A stretch of 63,993 bases of DNA, filler included, from Jimgerdemannia flammicorona (Eukaryota): assembly GCA_003990765.1 (NCBI GenBank). It is 2 parts of 2 records of this genome, joined end to end, with 100 filler letters (N's around TTAATTAATTAA, not from the genome) between each part and the next. Parts side by side here need not be neighbours in the genome. Positions count along the whole stretch, not along the records: positions 1 to 31,987 come from RBNJ01000368.1; 1 more part is not named here. One strand, given 5' to 3'. The translations under genes and the position numbers were made by a program. Under the pieces are notes generated by a model, which saw only the letters and a list, made by a program, of their open reading frames with translations, was not told the DNA's origin and ran no database searches. Numbering within the stretch: position 1 is the first letter of the stretch; each line of letters opens with the position of its first letter. Shown here one piece after another: positions 1-12,380 of the stretch.

Positions 1-963
1 TACCCAAACCCTCCCACCACTCTTCCGGGAGATACACTGCACCAAACCCCTGCAGTATCCCCCACCCATCCCCCAACCCCGCCACCAGCTATTCAAAATA
101 TCCAATAGTAGCCATTCCCACCATGCCATCTTTTCACCAACCCCAACCCGATGCCCATCCTCAAATACATGTACCCAATGTCCCACCAGCCCAACCCACA
201 TAGCCAAAGCCCAGCCAAGGGTCAGCCATTCATCCCCGACCCCACCCACTAATCGCTGGCAAAGCTCTCCCCATCTCCCCCCTCCCTCCCCTTCCCCAGC
301 CCCCAACCCTATCCTGTCCGCAATACATCTCCAGTACACCCCCAAAACTTCACACTCGCCAAGCCAATGTTCAGGCATTTGTACCACTCTCCCCTCCTGA
401 CCAACATTGAAGCAATCCTCGCACTCGAAAGCCCCTCCGTCCACCAAATGCCCAGACCGATAGTTCAACATTACATTCCGCCATAAGATCCGCCACCATG
501 CCAGCCAGAACTTGGGGGGCAGCCACTGCCACACCCGTTTGCTCCACAGCCAAAGCCCATTCCAATTCCACGCTTCCCCGATTCCAACCCTCTGCCAGGC
601 TTCAGGCCACAGGTCTCCACCTAGGCCTCGCAGACACTCCAGACCCTCACCAAGCTGAAAGTCCTCCACCAGAGCACCACCTAATAGAAGCCTGTCCCAT
701 TTCCACATCCGCGGTCCCCAAACCTCCTCAGCCTCATCACCTCGCCACCGAAGGCCAATTTTCTTTGCACCATCCACCGCTCCCCACCAAAAGCCTGTAA
801 ACTGCATCCTCTGGCTCCCTTCTATGGCCACCATTGCAAGCAGGTCACTGGAGCCATCACGTGGGGAGTAACAAACCTCCCACAGCCTCTGCATGAGTGG
901 CACCCACTCCCGACCTCTAAGCTCACTTGCCCTCCTTAACCACTAGGCCCTCAGACATAAAAG

Positions 964-3592
964 CTACTTAGTAAAATCCACTAAGCCCAGCCCACCTCTT
1001 TCCAAAGGCAGTGTGAGCACCTCCCAACTGACCTGGCTCCGCCACCCTTCCCAGATCCATGACCTGGCCATCTTCAACAACCTCTTAACCACCCAAGGTG
1101 GAAAGTCCAAATGGTAACCAACATACCACAGCTTCGGCATCCAGTACACATTTAGCACCATTACTCTTCCGGCAAGGGACATATACTGCCCTCCCCATCT
1201 AATCAAAACATCTCCCCACTCCAGCAGTTTATGGTCCCACCATGTCCAGGGAAGAAGAGAGCCAAACACTGAGAAGTAGATCCCCAAGTAACGCACTGGT
1301 TCGCCAGCCGGAACCACCTTTCCAATAATATCTCCACCAACAATTCCAGTGCCCAGCACCAGCGTCTCATATTTGTGCCAGTTCAGTTTAGCACCAGAAC
1401 CCTGCTCATACCATTCCACCATCCTCTGCAACTCTCCAACATCTCCCAAGGAACCCAGTCCAACCACCATATCATCGGCAAAGGCCCCCACCTTCCAGTT
1501 CACCCCTAGAATGTCCAAACCTCCAATCTTATGCTGAATCCTGTCCAGTAGAGGCTCCAAGGAAAGGGCATACAAAATGGGTGACAAGGGGTCCCCTTGT
1601 GGCACCCCACGGCCCAGGGGGAAGGTCACCCCTCTGTGTCCATTAATGACCAATGCCGCCTGACTGTCCTCCAAGAGGCTGATCAAAGAACTGCGGAACC
1701 CCAGGGGGAAACCAATCTGCTTCAGCACTCCCTCCAGCCATATCCTCCGCACTCTATCATAAGCCTTCTCCTGATCCAGGAACACCAATCTGCCATCCAC
1801 CCCTGTAGCCTGGGCCCCTTCAATCACTCCATGGACCCAGGCCATCTCATCTCGAATTAACCAACCACCAACAAACCCGTGTTGCTCCAATCCAAGCACC
1901 TGCTGAGCGATCCCTTGCAACCTCAACACCAAGATCTTCATCACCAGTTTGCAGTCCATATCCAGAAGCATGATCGGCCTCCAGTTCTTCCAATCCTCCT
2001 GCCTGCCCTTGTTCTTATATATCAAGGAGACTAGTCCCAAGCATTGTCCCCCAATCCAGGCACCAGACCGAAGAACCTCATCACATATAGCAATCATTTC
2101 CCCTAGCACCTCACACACCCCTGTCATCTTCTACCAGAAATCCCAGGGGAGTCCATCTTCTCCCGGGGCTGTCCCTTTACTAGTAGAGGCCACCACCTTG
2201 CAAATCTCTTCACCGCTCACTGGGTCCCCCAATGCCCCAAGTCCCATGGCAGGGTCAGGGTACCAATCCCCCAGCTGCCTCTCAATATCCAGAGCATCCA
2301 GTCCCCCTTCGTCCTCACTCCAGAGGTTCCCCCACTGAGACCGCAATAGGCCCAAAATCTCTGGGGTCCCCACCACCAGCTCGCCATTCTCATCCAGAAC
2401 TCCCTCCCACCGCTGCCTCATTCGCCGTGCTCATAACAACCGTGACAGGAATCTGGTAGGTCGCTCTCCTTCCTCAAGCCCCTGCCATCGTAGGCGGGCC
2501 ACCATCCCCTGCAGCTGCTCCTCTTCCTCCCGCTGTAGTACCCCTTTGAGCTCCTCCACCTCCTGCCGAATTCTCTCAATACGCCAATCAGCCCTGGCCC
2601 TATTTTCCAGTGCCCCTGCCCACCTCGCCATGAGCGCCGCCAGACGCCGCGAGGCCCACATCACCCGCTGCCTTCACAGGGCACTCTTTCCTTTCCCCAC
2701 TTCCCTCCAGTACCCCTGAGCCTTCACTTTCAATCTTCTCCAGCGGTCCCCAATTGCCAGTCCTTGATCTCGCCACCTGCCGATGCCGCTAATCACCTCC
2801 GTTTCCCAACCCTCTCACAATGCCCTATCCTCCAACAAGGAAGAGTTTAGCCGCCAATGTCCAGGCCCATCCTCATTTCCTCCAAATCTCCCCCTTCCAA
2901 GCAACCCCCAGTGATCCAACCATGGACACCATACGACTCCCAGCTCCGTCCAGACATCTGCTCCCCAGCACTCTGCTGTCAGAACCCAGTCGATCCTAGA
3001 GCCCAGTCCTGCCGCCCAATGGGTATACACCCTCCGATCAGCCCAAAAATGTTTCCCTGAGTCCACTAAGGAACACAGTCTTTCCATCTCCAACCAGTCT
3101 GCCAACCCACCACTTTCACCTCGCAAGCCTCTCCCTCCATCAGTTCTGTCCAACACCTTATCCTGTACCATGTTGAAGTCCCCCCCCATGCAGTCCAATC
3201 CAACTTCTCCCAGTAGACCATCCTCTTTCAATCTGCGAATCCAATCCACCCTCTCCCCTCTCTCAGCCGGGCAGTAGCAAGACCCAACCATCAGTGAGCC
3301 CCATCCAGGCCTCCTCCACACACCCCACACCACCCGCGACCCCCAATGTCCAATGTCCCCAATGTCCCCCATCCCTTTCCGAACAAGAATACCCACTTTC
3401 CCTCTCCAAACTGCCACCCCCCCCCCATTCCTTTGTCCAGTCCTGTAAATCCACTTCTGCATCATACCAAACATCCTGTAACAAGAAGAGATCCGCATCC
3501 AGCCCCTGAAGCCAACCAAAAATGTACTTCCTTCTAGCCGCCCCCCGCAACCCATTAACGTTCAGTGAAAATATCCTAGTTGTACTGTTCAT
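964..3592 (-). pseudogene. LINE ORF2 (APE endonuclease + reverse transcriptase), disrupted
   Basis: Split over ORFs 3263-3622, 2815-3555, 2431-2664, 2131-2421 and 964-2127. There is a frameshift at the poly-G run ~3417-3426 and several in-frame stops. The coding remnant probably continues below 964. Confidence 0.9.
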
Positions 3593-3623
3593 ATTGAAAA
3601 GATATTGTAGAAGAGGCCCCAAC

Positions 3624-5546
3624 CTATAATTCCATGCTCATCTCATCCCTCGCCAGATCCAAGTGCCGCTCCGCTTCCAATTTATCCTCTGCAGTCTCCC
3701 GAGCATCCAGTGCCCCCAAGATTTCCTGACACTCCACCCTATCCACCTCCTCCATATCCGCCCTATAATCCAAGCAAACTGCATGCCACTTCTCAAGTCC
3801 CTTCCTCGAGTTCCACAAGAAAAGTGCCCTGTCACTCGCAATCCCTCTAAGCTCCTCCTTGTGCTGATCATCAACCTGATACTCAACAGACTCCAGGAGG
3901 ACAGCCAGGATCTCATTCCTCATCTTCCTTGGCACCTCTTCTCCACGGAGAATCTCCTCCCAATGCCTCTCCTCCATCACCCTGAAGTCCTCACCCCCCA
4001 GCTCCTCGGCTGCTACCCCTTCCAGGGTCTTCCACATCCACTTCTCCTCATCTACCGCCTCCCCAACCCCCTGAGCAATTTGTCCCCCATCCACCTCGGG
4101 GTCCACCAACGCACTCCTCCTCACTGACTCATCCCACTCCTCATCTGGGACATCCATCAGCTCCTCCTCGCCTTCCGCCCCATTTGGAACACTATACTGA
4201 GGGTGTCCACCATCACCCATTTCGGCATCCGCCTCCAAATTCTCCCCCCTCTCCTCCCTGACTCCAGTCTGAGCCTCTCCCTGGGCCATTTCTCCACCTT
4301 CAGCCCAGGCGCTCTCCCACAACCCTGCAACCCCCTCCCCGGAGCTTCCACCAGCCCTACCTCCACCCATCTTCGCCAACAACTCCTTCTGGATTCTCCT
4401 CCCCTGTATTTTCCCCCAGGCCCCCTTCTCCATCCGAACCCTCATCCCATCCACTTCCCCCACCACCGTCCTGGCCTCAAATTCCTTCCAGGCTAATCTC
4501 CTCCTCGCAACTGCCCCTTCTAGGTCCTCCAGAGCCTCCAACAGGTCCTCCTCCTCCTCCTGCGTCCCCTTCACCCTAGTGACCTTACACTCCACCTGTC
4601 CCCACCTCAGCATCGCCGGCCAGTCCCTCGACTTCCCCATATTCTCCTTTCCAGCTAGTCTCACCCTGACATCGACATCTCCAGTCCGAAGCTCCGTGCC
4701 CTCCCAGACCTTGAACCCCACATCTACTATCTCACCATACTCTTTGATCACCTCCACAACCAACTCTCTGGTCCTCTCCTTCGACACCATAGGAAGGTCC
4801 AACACTGTCAACTGCACCACCCGGGGGTCCCAGCGCATACACCGGGCCATAGGGACCATGACTCCACCAACCATCACCCCCTTCTCCATGGCCGTCAACA
4901 AAGCATCTTTCTCCTCAAACCCCACCTCCACCCCCTCCTTTCCCTTCAAAAACTTAACTGATGCCACTCCCTTCACCTCCTGCGCCACCAGCCCCAGAAT
5001 CATCCTCGCCGTCACCGCCAAGCCCTGGAAGTACATAGTGACTGCGAATTCCGATCTCGACTTCTTGAGTAACAGGGCCGACACCATGCCCATCATGCCA
5101 TCTGCCAGGTCCCCGGGCCTCGTGTCCACACCCCGTCCCAAATTGCCAACTGCCATCACATCTGGATTTTTTGCCAGATCCCCAGTCACAGCCCCATCAG
5201 CAGTCACGGCACCATCTCCAGCCCCTACTCTGGCTCCCACCCTACCACCAGTGGCTACCCTGGGCGCACCTCTCTGTCCCCCAGCAGCTGCCGTCGACGC
5301 CTTCCCCAAGCCCAGCCAACCATCCAACCCAGAAGCTATGTGCCCCATTCTGACCTTGTCTGCAAAGGTCAACCTCTCTCCTCCTCTCTGCCCCAGACCA
5401 CCCCTTCCACTGCCACTAGTGCCCCTACTCATCATCGAGGCCCCCGGCATCCCCAAACCATCGCCCCTCCTCCCCACCTGCTGCCAGCCAAAGGCACTGT
5501 CACCCCCCTGGCCAGTACACCCACCAGTTTGATCATTGCTGTCCAT
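3624..5546 (-). CDS. LINE ORF1 (gag-like nucleic-acid-binding protein, RRM-like core)
   Basis: Open 640-aa frame directly upstream of ORF2. It has a TFADKV motif, RRM-like segments (VEVGF; VLDLP...YGEIVDV...RTGDVDVRV) and an acidic/helical C-terminus. Confidence 0.8.
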   Translation of the reverse strand: MDSNDQTGGCTGQGGDSAFGWQQVGRRGDGLGMPGASMMSRGTSGSGRGGLGQRGGERLTFADKVRMGHIASGLDGWLGLGKASTAAAGGQRGAPRVATGGRVGARVGAGDGAVTADGAVTGDLAKNPDVMAVGNLGRGVDTRPGDLADGMMGMVSALLLKKSRSEFAVTMYFQGLAVTARMILGLVAQEVKGVASVKFLKGKEGVEVGFEEKDALLTAMEKGVMVGGVMVPMARCMRWDPRVVQLTVLDLPMVSKERTRELVVEVIKEYGEIVDVGFKVWEGTELRTGDVDVRVRLAGKENMGKSRDWPAMLRWGQVECKVTRVKGTQEEEEDLLEALEDLEGAVARRRLAWKEFEARTVVGEVDGMRVRMEKGAWGKIQGRRIQKELLAKMGGGRAGGSSGEGVAGLWESAWAEGGEMAQGEAQTGVREERGENLEADAEMGDGGHPQYSVPNGAEGEEELMDVPDEEWDESVRRSALVDPEVDGGQIAQGVGEAVDEEKWMWKTLEGVAAEELGGEDFRVMEERHWEEILRGEEVPRKMRNEILAVLLESVEYQVDDQHKEELRGIASDRALFLWNSRKGLEKWHAVCLDYRADMEEVDRVECQEILGALDARETAEDKLEAERHLDLARDEMSMEL

Positions 5547-5579
5547 ATTGCTAGTCGTCGGGCACCAAAAACATTGTAA

Positions 5580-7060
5580 AAAGTGTTGTCTGAGTCTTGT
5601 ATCACCCGAATGTTACTGGTGAAAGGTACTTGTGGTAATATTATCTATATAAGTGGAATACCAAGCATTATCTATGATAATAAAGGAAACTATATGGCTT
5701 TGGGAATTGCTAAAAGAGTTAAAATATAATCAATGATACTTTATACTACTCCAATAAGATAATTAATCTATAATTACTATGGTAAAGAATCTTATACATT
5801 ATATAAAAACCAAATATATTGATATATAATATTATTTCATATAGGAATATATATATAGAAAATAGTACTATATATCTCAAATATATTCTGATAAAGTATA
5901 TAATGGCAGATTCATTGACTAAAACTCTTCTAAAAGTAAAGTTTGATTTATATATATAAGGAATGAAACTTACAGGTAATTCTATACCAGCAAATAGAAA
6001 TGATATATTAGTAAGTAACAATTCTATACTAGCAAGCAGTAAGTAATAGTAATAATGATAATATAGTAATAATAGGAAGTTTTTCAGAGTACTAAAAAGT
6101 CTCTTACTATATCTTATATATTATATATATATTTCTCTAATATTACTTATATCTCTTTATTTATGAATAGATCTGAATCTATATTACTGATTTTTTACTA
6201 TATTCTTGACCTATTTTCATTCTTATATATAAGTAGAGAATTTGGATATTTTTCAGATATCTAGATAGTACTCAATTGATTATAATTAGTTAGTTCTTTA
6301 TTTAATATTCTGGAACATATCTCATTAAGTAGAAGTATTGAAATATCTTAGTTATAGTAACTTAATATATAGTGGTATAATCTGACTATATTATTTTGTA
6401 AATATTATCAATATATATAAAAGTATATAAGCTAGTATATATATATTAATAAATAATTGCTATTTTCTCTCTATATGTCTTTTAAGTATTCTCTAACAGA
6501 TTTAAGTAAATAATCTTAATCTAAAATTTGCATTATAAGCAAAAGAACTTAATATTTAATTTTACTCTAGTTTGCTTTCCAATATTAAAAAAAAGTCAAA
6601 ATTTATATTATAAATAAGAGAACTTGATATCTAATTTCACTTCAGTTTACTTTTTAATATAAGAAGTCTATTATATTTTTGATCTACTTACTAGATTAAG
6701 TCTGAAGAAAAGACTATTATATTTTAATATAACTAAGCCTGAAAATCTAATTTTTAGTATACTTACTAGATAAAGTCAGAAAAACTTGAGAAATTTACTA
6801 TATTTTTGATCTACTTGTCAGACAAAGCCTGAAATATCTATTATTCAAAGTTTAAGTAAAGAATTTAGCTACCATTTAAAGAACTCTGTCTATTAAGAAA
6901 AATCTACCAAATCTACTATATTATATAGAAACTATACTATTTAGGAAGTTACTAAAATTATTTGTATTATATAAATAGAACTTACATACTTAGAAGTAGA
7001 TATTTTATTACTTTTTGATAAAGTAACTAAGAGTTTAAACCAATCTATATAGCTGTCTCA
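5580..7060. repeat. Highly AT-rich transposon relic with degenerate internal tandem units (~6545-6840)
   Basis: Almost no CpG and a TpA excess. Units like tatatttttgatctacttactagataaagtctgaa recur. Confidence 0.6.
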
Positions 7061-7069
7061 ATTTTGTAA

Positions 7070-8262
7070 TTTTTTTTTTTTTTTTTTTTTTTTAATAGAC
7101 TTAAAGCTCTGTAGATTTTTATTGGAAGAGAATCTAGACTATATAGGCCAAAACTCTCTCTTACTATCTCCTGAGCACTATACTCTCATTTAACCTAGAC
7201 TAGCTATTGTCTAGTAGCTTAACTATATCAAGTACAGCAGAGCTTATAAATGCTTATATCTTGTTCTGTATATATGCTCTTTCTACTACCAGAGAGTAAA
7301 CAATCATATGCTCACAATTGAAAACATATATCCAAAATCCCAATATATATATAAGACTATATCTAAGCTAATTTACATAGCCTCTGCTACTTCAAGTAGA
7401 GTGATAGATAAAGAAAAAATCTCTATCAAAGTACAGAATAATGAATAGGACCTAGTTCTCCCAGATAAGATAAGTAGAGAACTTATATATAAGGTGAGAG
7501 GAGATCCTCAATATCTCATTACTCAAGTCTATAGGTCTCAATTATATTACTATATCAGCTTCTAGTTTTAGTTAAGTATAGTCAAGTTATCTGATCTAGA
7601 TAGCCGCAGGCTCCCTGACTACCTCCAATAACTAGAACTCAATCCTACATATTACTAAAAGCAGTTAAGAGTAATACCTACCATCTAACTATCCTATACT
7701 AATCAGAGGACCTCACTGATATAGTACTCATACTAGCCCCAATGATTGCTCTCAGTCTGATACTCTACTAGTTTACTATAATTGTTTTTCCTCTTATCTG
7801 TAATGGCCATCTCCTCTCCCATCTCAACTCTACCTAAAAAACAGTTATCTATACTAGTATTATACTTGCTAAGAAGCTCACTAAAGCTCAGAGGGCTCCA
7901 TTATAGATACTGAGAACTTATAGATAACCTATACTAATACTTGATACTCAAGATCAGCTAATACTCTATATAACTCATGATATATCCAAATAATATCTTA
8001 TTGATAAAGTAAAAGAAAAAAAGTATTACACCAAAATAAGTATGTTTAAGATATAGCTAGAGATATTAGAAACTATAAAAAAGTAGAGAAAGCACTAATC
8101 TGATACTGATAGAGAGATAACTCATCACTATTGTCTCTCTCTCACTATACTCTTACAGGTACAGTAAACCAATCTAAGTTAGAGAAAGTAGAATAAGAGA
8201 AAAGAGACTTGGAAGATTATTTACTAACCTTATAATCAGTATAATAGCAGAGAAAAGAGTGT
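7070..8262 (-). mobile_element. Decayed poly(A)-tailed repeat (probable retroposon 3' end), copy 1
   Basis: Poly-T at ~7070-7093. The sequence aligns by eye with the reverse complement of ~30690-31860, differing mostly by transitions. Confidence 0.7.
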
Positions 8263-8935
8263 GTTTGTAATTTATCTCTATTGAGCTAATATATTATAAG
8301 ACTATTAAATATTTATTTAAAATAATTATTTATATAATTATACTTTATAATATTAAAATTAATATTTTTTTATTAAATTAAATTAAAATTTTATAATATA
8401 ATTATTTGATAAAAATACATATAAACTTAATTAATTATATTATACTAAATTTACTTATATGATAATTCAATAAGTCAAAATTTATTAAATCTAATAGCTA
8501 TATTATTAAATAATATAAAATAAAAACTAAATTATTTAACAATATAAACTAGATAATAGAAAGTAAATTAGATAATACATCGAGCTGTAAGTAAATATAG
8601 ACTATATAAGTACTGGATGATAGACTTGAAAGCAGTTAACTCAATAACTTCTTAGACTGGACAATTTTCAGTTGATGAGACCAAGATGAGATCCCAGTTT
8701 TGATAATTACGTAATCCCTTAAAGTGACGTCACGGTCTTGATTGACATTATGGCGTCATCGTCTTGTTCGGTTCAATGGACTTCATTTTGACGGTGTCAT
8801 TAGGATCTTTCACTCCGAGCACCACTCATGTCGAATCTTTCTTTCTATAGAAGTCTCCGTTTTGCTCAATGAGGTTCTTCCTAATGAAAGATCGAATTAT
8901 ATAACCTCGTTAGATGTATTTCGAACGCCATCAAA

Positions 8936-9466
8936 ATGGGCAATATATTTTCGCGTCGACCTGCCCCAAAATCTTTGATCCACGAACCTCCCGAACGCGA
9001 GTCATCTCTCAGTAGTCCTATGATGGTGGCGTACGGTGTGTTCATAGTGCGCTTCATCCAAATAATCCACGACGACGTCCTTACGAAGAACCGAAAACGC
9101 TGGGGCAGCAATGTGGTGCTTGACTTGCGATTCCCGAACTCAGAAGCTGGGAAACTGGTGGCGGCAACAGCAAGAAACCCCGCAGACATCAAGAGTCATA
9201 AGGAGCTGTTAAAAAAATTCAAATCCGTGGAGCGCAGCGCCTGCGACCGCCTAAACTGGGCAACCTTTTGGGACTTTGTCGAAGAGCGATTCAACCAGGT
9301 GGAAGAGTTCGAAAGATTCAGCCTGGAGCTTGTGACAGAAGTGAACAGGGGTAGGCTCACTGTAGATCATATTATTGCAAAGGCAAATCCATCAGTCTAT
9401 TGGCCTTCGAAAGACCCCGAAATGCGATTGCTTCGCTTTCAGCTCCAATTTCACGACATCCAATAG
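8936..9466 (+). CDS. Orphan family paralog P1, 176 aa, predicted N-myristoylated (MGNIFSRR)
   Basis: Intronless ORF with TATATAA at ~8898 and aaaATGG start context. Clearly homologous to five other loci in the window. Confidence 0.85.
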   Translation: MGNIFSRRPAPKSLIHEPPERESSLSSPMMVAYGVFIVRFIQIIHDDVLTKNRKRWGSNVVLDLRFPNSEAGKLVAATARNPADIKSHKELLKKFKSVERSACDRLNWATFWDFVEERFNQVEEFERFSLELVTEVNRGRLTVDHIIAKANPSVYWPSKDPEMRLLRFQLQFHDIQ

Positions 9467-9593
9467 ACTTTGGTAGACTCTACTTATGCTTATATCCATA
9501 TTGATTGTTTGATATTATATCTTACAATCAATATATTTAGATCCTCTATGTCTATGAGTCAATTTTTTTATGGCTATACGTTCTTTTCTTGAA

Positions 9594-10668
9594 CCCTTTA
9601 TGATCTGAGTGCCAATATTTTGTATCTTAAACTTTTCTATTATGTACATCCTGATATACAGCCTATTTCTAGATTTAATTTGTTGAATTGTGTGAGATCA
9701 ATATTAAAAAAAACCACAGTTTGTATATAATATGGACATATATATTTGCAAAACTCTACATCATATACATTATGTCCAAAGCCAGCTACTCACAAAGCCT
9801 TGACATTAGGCGAGTAGTCCGGATCGACCCGAATAGAAAAGATGGCATGTGATCGTCTTGGCAAATCGGCTATTTAGCACTTCGTGGACTGTCCGTTTGG
9901 AATTTTACCATGGTTACTTTGATGTACGGTGGTCGGGTAGTTTAATTCCGGGAGGTCTTGGACAAAGGTTATTGAACATATTTTGCATATTTGCAACATA
10001 CGTGAAAGATGACCTCACCGAATGACGTCTTGGAAAACGAGAATACTAATAAAAGTTCAATAGATTTCTGATCCGAAACAATACAGTTTTTTTTTGATTT
10101 CCGACCCTCGGTTTATCTGCAGTTTGTCATTGTTCTGCGATTAACATTCGGTTTCCATGTTTTCGGGATTTCAAAATGTGGAATTTCTGTGGTGAATTTT
10201 CGAGTTACTCCAGCACCCCCAATACCGAATGAGGAAACATTTCATTGCCTCGATACTGTGCTAGGGTACCTATTGCTGAAGCCCCGCTTAACCAAATCAA
10301 TACGCATAAGCCGTGTTTTGCCAAAAGTCGGACTTTATTAGCACCGCTTCGCAAAGAAGCCCCGCCTTGCAAGTAACCGAGCCCCACTTCACCAAGATCT
10401 CATGCTTCGTTAGGTGAATGCACTTTTCCTCGAACGAGACCAGGACGAAACCAGGACGAGACCAGGACATCCCAACCAGTTCCGAGCACTACTCGACCGA
10501 CGTTAAGGCCCCATGGGAGTATTACAAATTTTTATGTGTATACATGTCTATACTATATACAAAATGATGTTTTTATATATTTTGAAACCTCGAGATAGAC
10601 CAAATATCAGAATGCACTTAATAGAAAAATTTATGATACAACATATTGGCACTCAGACTGTAAAAGGG
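9594..10668. mobile_element. Non-autonomous piggyBac-like element (MITE) with ~170-bp imperfect TIRs
   Basis: Ends are CCCTTTA...TAAAAGGG, flanked by TGAA (9590-9593) and TTAA (10669-10672). 9594-~9760 is the inverted copy of ~10525-10668. Confidence 0.7.
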
Positions 10669-11295
10669 TTAACTTTTCGGTCCCGGCAATAATTGCGTCA
10701 AAACCTGTCCCATCGTTAACCTGTGCATTTGACTGCTTTGACAGGGATGATACGAGCACGTGATACCACATGTTAATTGAACTGCATGAGTAATGTTTTT
10801 CTATTCTGGAAGATATTATTCCTAGATTTGGTAATTATTAGCACATGTCCATGTTTGAAGCGCCGATTCAAAATACTGTGATGGTCTGATGGTACCATCC
10901 CAAGGCCGCCAGTTTTATCGCACTCCCCGAAAAGTGTGCTCTCGCATCTTAGGATCCTTTTGCGGGAACCGGTCTTGCCATATGGGAAATCGATCACGTT
11001 GGTTGTATTTTTCAGGTTGACAGGGAGAAGAAGTAGTGGTTTTCAATGTAGTAAAATGTTCACAGCAGAGGTTTTTCAGCCCATGGTCAATCGAGTTATG
11101 TGAAAAATAGAGAGCATTCCCCACATTGTAGAATTTAATATGTTTAATATTGGTTATAAATATTGGAATAAAATATATTTGACATTCACATTCTTGGTAT
11201 AAAAATTTTCTTGGTGAAATGGTTTGACTCTATCAGAAACTGCGTATCTATCCTACCATACATTGGCTGAGAATGCATCTTCTGCACACCAAAAT

Positions 11296-11811
11296 CTAAT
11301 GAAAGGGTTGAAACTGAAGATAAAAGCGAAGTAAACGCACTTTCGAAGGCCAGTCTATCAAGGGATTCGCAATTGCAATCACGATGTCCACACTGAGCAG
11401 GTCCCTATCCACCTTTCTCACAAGCTCCAACTTGAATCTTTCGAACTCTTCCTTGACCTGGGTAAAACGCTCTTCGAGGAAGTCCCAGAAGACTGCCCAG
11501 TCAGTGCGGATGCAGGCGCGACGCTCCATAAATTTGAGCCTTTTCAACATATCCTTTCGATTGCTACTGTCGGCGGGAACCTCGGCCGTTACCGCCACCA
11601 GCTTCGCTGGCTCTGATTCCAGGAATCGCAATTCCAACACGAAGCTGCCCCAGGGTTTTTGGCTCCTCATTAAGATGCTGTCGTGCATCATCTGGATGAA
11701 GTGCACTATGAACGCACCGTACAACTGCATCATAGAACTGAAGCGGGATACTTGATTTTCAGGTAATGCGCGACGTTGTGAGGCACGACGTCGAGAGGGT
11801 GTGTTGCCCAT
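11296..11811 (-). CDS. Orphan family paralog P2, 171 aa, predicted N-myristoylated (MGNTPSRRR)
   Basis: Homology to P1 begins at ATG 11811 (aacATGG). A TATAAG lies ~55 bp upstream. Confidence 0.85.
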   Translation of the reverse strand: MGNTPSRRRASQRRALPENQVSRFSSMMQLYGAFIVHFIQMMHDSILMRSQKPWGSFVLELRFLESEPAKLVAVTAEVPADSSNRKDMLKRLKFMERRACIRTDWAVFWDFLEERFTQVKEEFERFKLELVRKVDRDLLSVDIVIAIANPLIDWPSKVRLLRFYLQFQPFH

Positions 11812-11989
11812 GTTGGAGGATGGCGTTGGGCTAAGATACAAAATTTGAACGGAGTTGACCAGTCTTATAGGTGTTGGATCGAGAGTTCTATGTTCCATTG
11901 CTTCAGCCTCCCCATGCCAAAAAAGATAACAATCGCCTCATCGGGTAGTCAGCCGATCCGGCAGGTAATTGTCAAAAGTGGACGGTCTG

Positions 11990-12380
11990 GCGAATGGGGA
12001 TATCAGTTTGACACATTGTCAGATCTAAGCGGGGGTCTTGTTTGTGGGGTAAAGTTGGGTAGTCCGATTTTTTGTTTTGCGGGGTAATCACAGCATGATT
12101 CGTTCAGCGTAGATCTTCACGAGTTGTAATTGTCATTGTTTTGCAACCATGCGAATCGCTGTGCCAACTCAATGGCTTGGCGTGAGTCGGGAACTGTAGA
12201 GTAGCATTCGGGGTATCATTATTGCGCTGTTTGGAGTTAGGAACCATCAACACATTCGGGACCCAGGACTTATAATTTGAAACGAACGTCGGTTCCTAAT
12301 CTTGATTGTCATCTCCCACGCATCTTTCGCCGATGCACACATTTCATGATTACGGTGATTACGGGCTGTCTTCCTTTTAT
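11990..12380 (-). promoter_or_regulatory. Conserved upstream non-coding block of the paralog family (copy at P2)
   Basis: Same-orientation copy at ~13478-13840. Partial reverse-complement copies upstream of P5 (~20385-20495) and P6 (~25700-25860). Confidence 0.55.

Larger units (their letters stand above)
1..5546 (-). mobile_element. Degenerate non-LTR retrotransposon (LINE, L1/Tx1-like); 3' end runs off the window start
   Basis: ORF1 at 3624-5546 is followed by ORF2 from ATG 3592. APE endonuclease motifs: FSLNVNGL, LFLLQD, MGGDFN, SRIDWVL, WLDH. RT motifs: WRPIML, QHGF, DQEKAYDRV, GVPQGDPLSP, FADD. Confidence 0.93.

Noticed and set aside
4579..5532. 317-aa plus-strand ORF
   Set aside because: Antisense shadow of the G-rich LINE ORF1 with low-complexity Pro/Ser/Thr composition.
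5746..6021. 91-aa hydrophobic ORF
   Set aside because: Its I/Y/F/L composition simply reflects AT-rich decayed DNA, and it starts at a non-ATG codon.
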